From assembly GCA_963604695.1 (NCBI GenBank), contig CAVCTH010000001.1, forward strand, positions 1 through 46,150: DNA of 46,150 nt. Direction: 5' to 3'. The DNA is from Clostridiales bacterium (GTDB lineage Bacteria > Bacillota > Clostridia > Lachnospirales > Lachnospiraceae). Made by a program: the position numbers and the translations under genes. The notes beneath the pieces were generated by a model. That model was not told the origin of the DNA. It was given only the letters and a program-made list of their open reading frames with translations, and did no database searches. Position 1 is the stretch's first letter. Each line of letters opens with the position of its first letter. This document shows positions 45,821 through 46,150 of the stretch, piece by piece.

Positions 45821-46081
45821 ATGATTTTTTATTATTATCTGATCGCTGTCAATGTGCTGGCATTTTCCCTCATGGGCATTGACAAATACAAGGCAAGGCA
45901 CCACCGCTGGCGGATTCCGGAGAAAACCCTCTTTCTCTCTGCCATCATCGGCGGGTCCGTGGGCGCCATTATCGGCATGTACACCTTCCGTCACAAGACA
46001 AAGCACTGGTATTTCGTTGTGGGCATGCCTCTGATTCTGGTGATCCAGCTGGCCCTTGGATACTGGTTTTTCTTCAAATAA
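45821..46081 (+). CDS. DUF1294-family small membrane protein
   Basis: MGIDKYKA...WRIPEKTLF...GGSVG...M..FRHKTKH signature; ATG 45821 after GGAGG. Confidence 0.88.
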   Translation: MIFYYYLIAVNVLAFSLMGIDKYKARHHRWRIPEKTLFLSAIIGGSVGAIIGMYTFRHKTKHWYFVVGMPLILVIQLALGYWFFFK

Positions 46082-46150
46082 CCTGCTCACAGATCGCAGG
46101 TTTCTCTTGAAAAATATGGATGTATCTATTATTATCATTACAAATACACC

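Overview
Core-genome window of a spore-forming Clostridia-class bacterium (Lachnospiraceae-like gene content, roughly 50% GC by eye), with almost all genes on the minus strand. In coordinate order: lepA (partial), spoIIP, gpr, rpsT(+), holA, comEC, GerMN lipoprotein, histidine kinase, OmpR/WalR-like response regulator, comEA, DMT-like transporter, orphan solute-binding protein, argD-argB-argJ-GNAT-argC, divergent argG(+), tex, a large transglutaminase-domain surface protein, potD-C-B-A, ugd, DUF1836(+), YerC/TrpR-like regulator, PHP and HAD phosphatases, purA, polC, ispG, FtsW/RodA/SpoVE-family protein, folA, thyA, mscL, a probable TIM-barrel protein, a Cys-rich small protein and DUF1294(+). 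I found no transposase, integrase, prophage, CRISPR array, tRNA or rRNA. The most interesting signals are non-coding: (1) two inverted copies of a ~135-163 bp palindromic element with five compensatory base pairs; (2) two candidate stand-alone sRNAs, each with its own promoter, a C-rich anti-Shine-Dalgarno segment and a terminator, one behind a forespore-type promoter; (3) a structured, attenuator-like leader on the polyamine ABC operon. A response regulator/kinase/GerMN lipoprotein module also sits inside the comEA-comEC DNA-uptake operon. All calls come from manual motif reading; no searches or folding programs were run.
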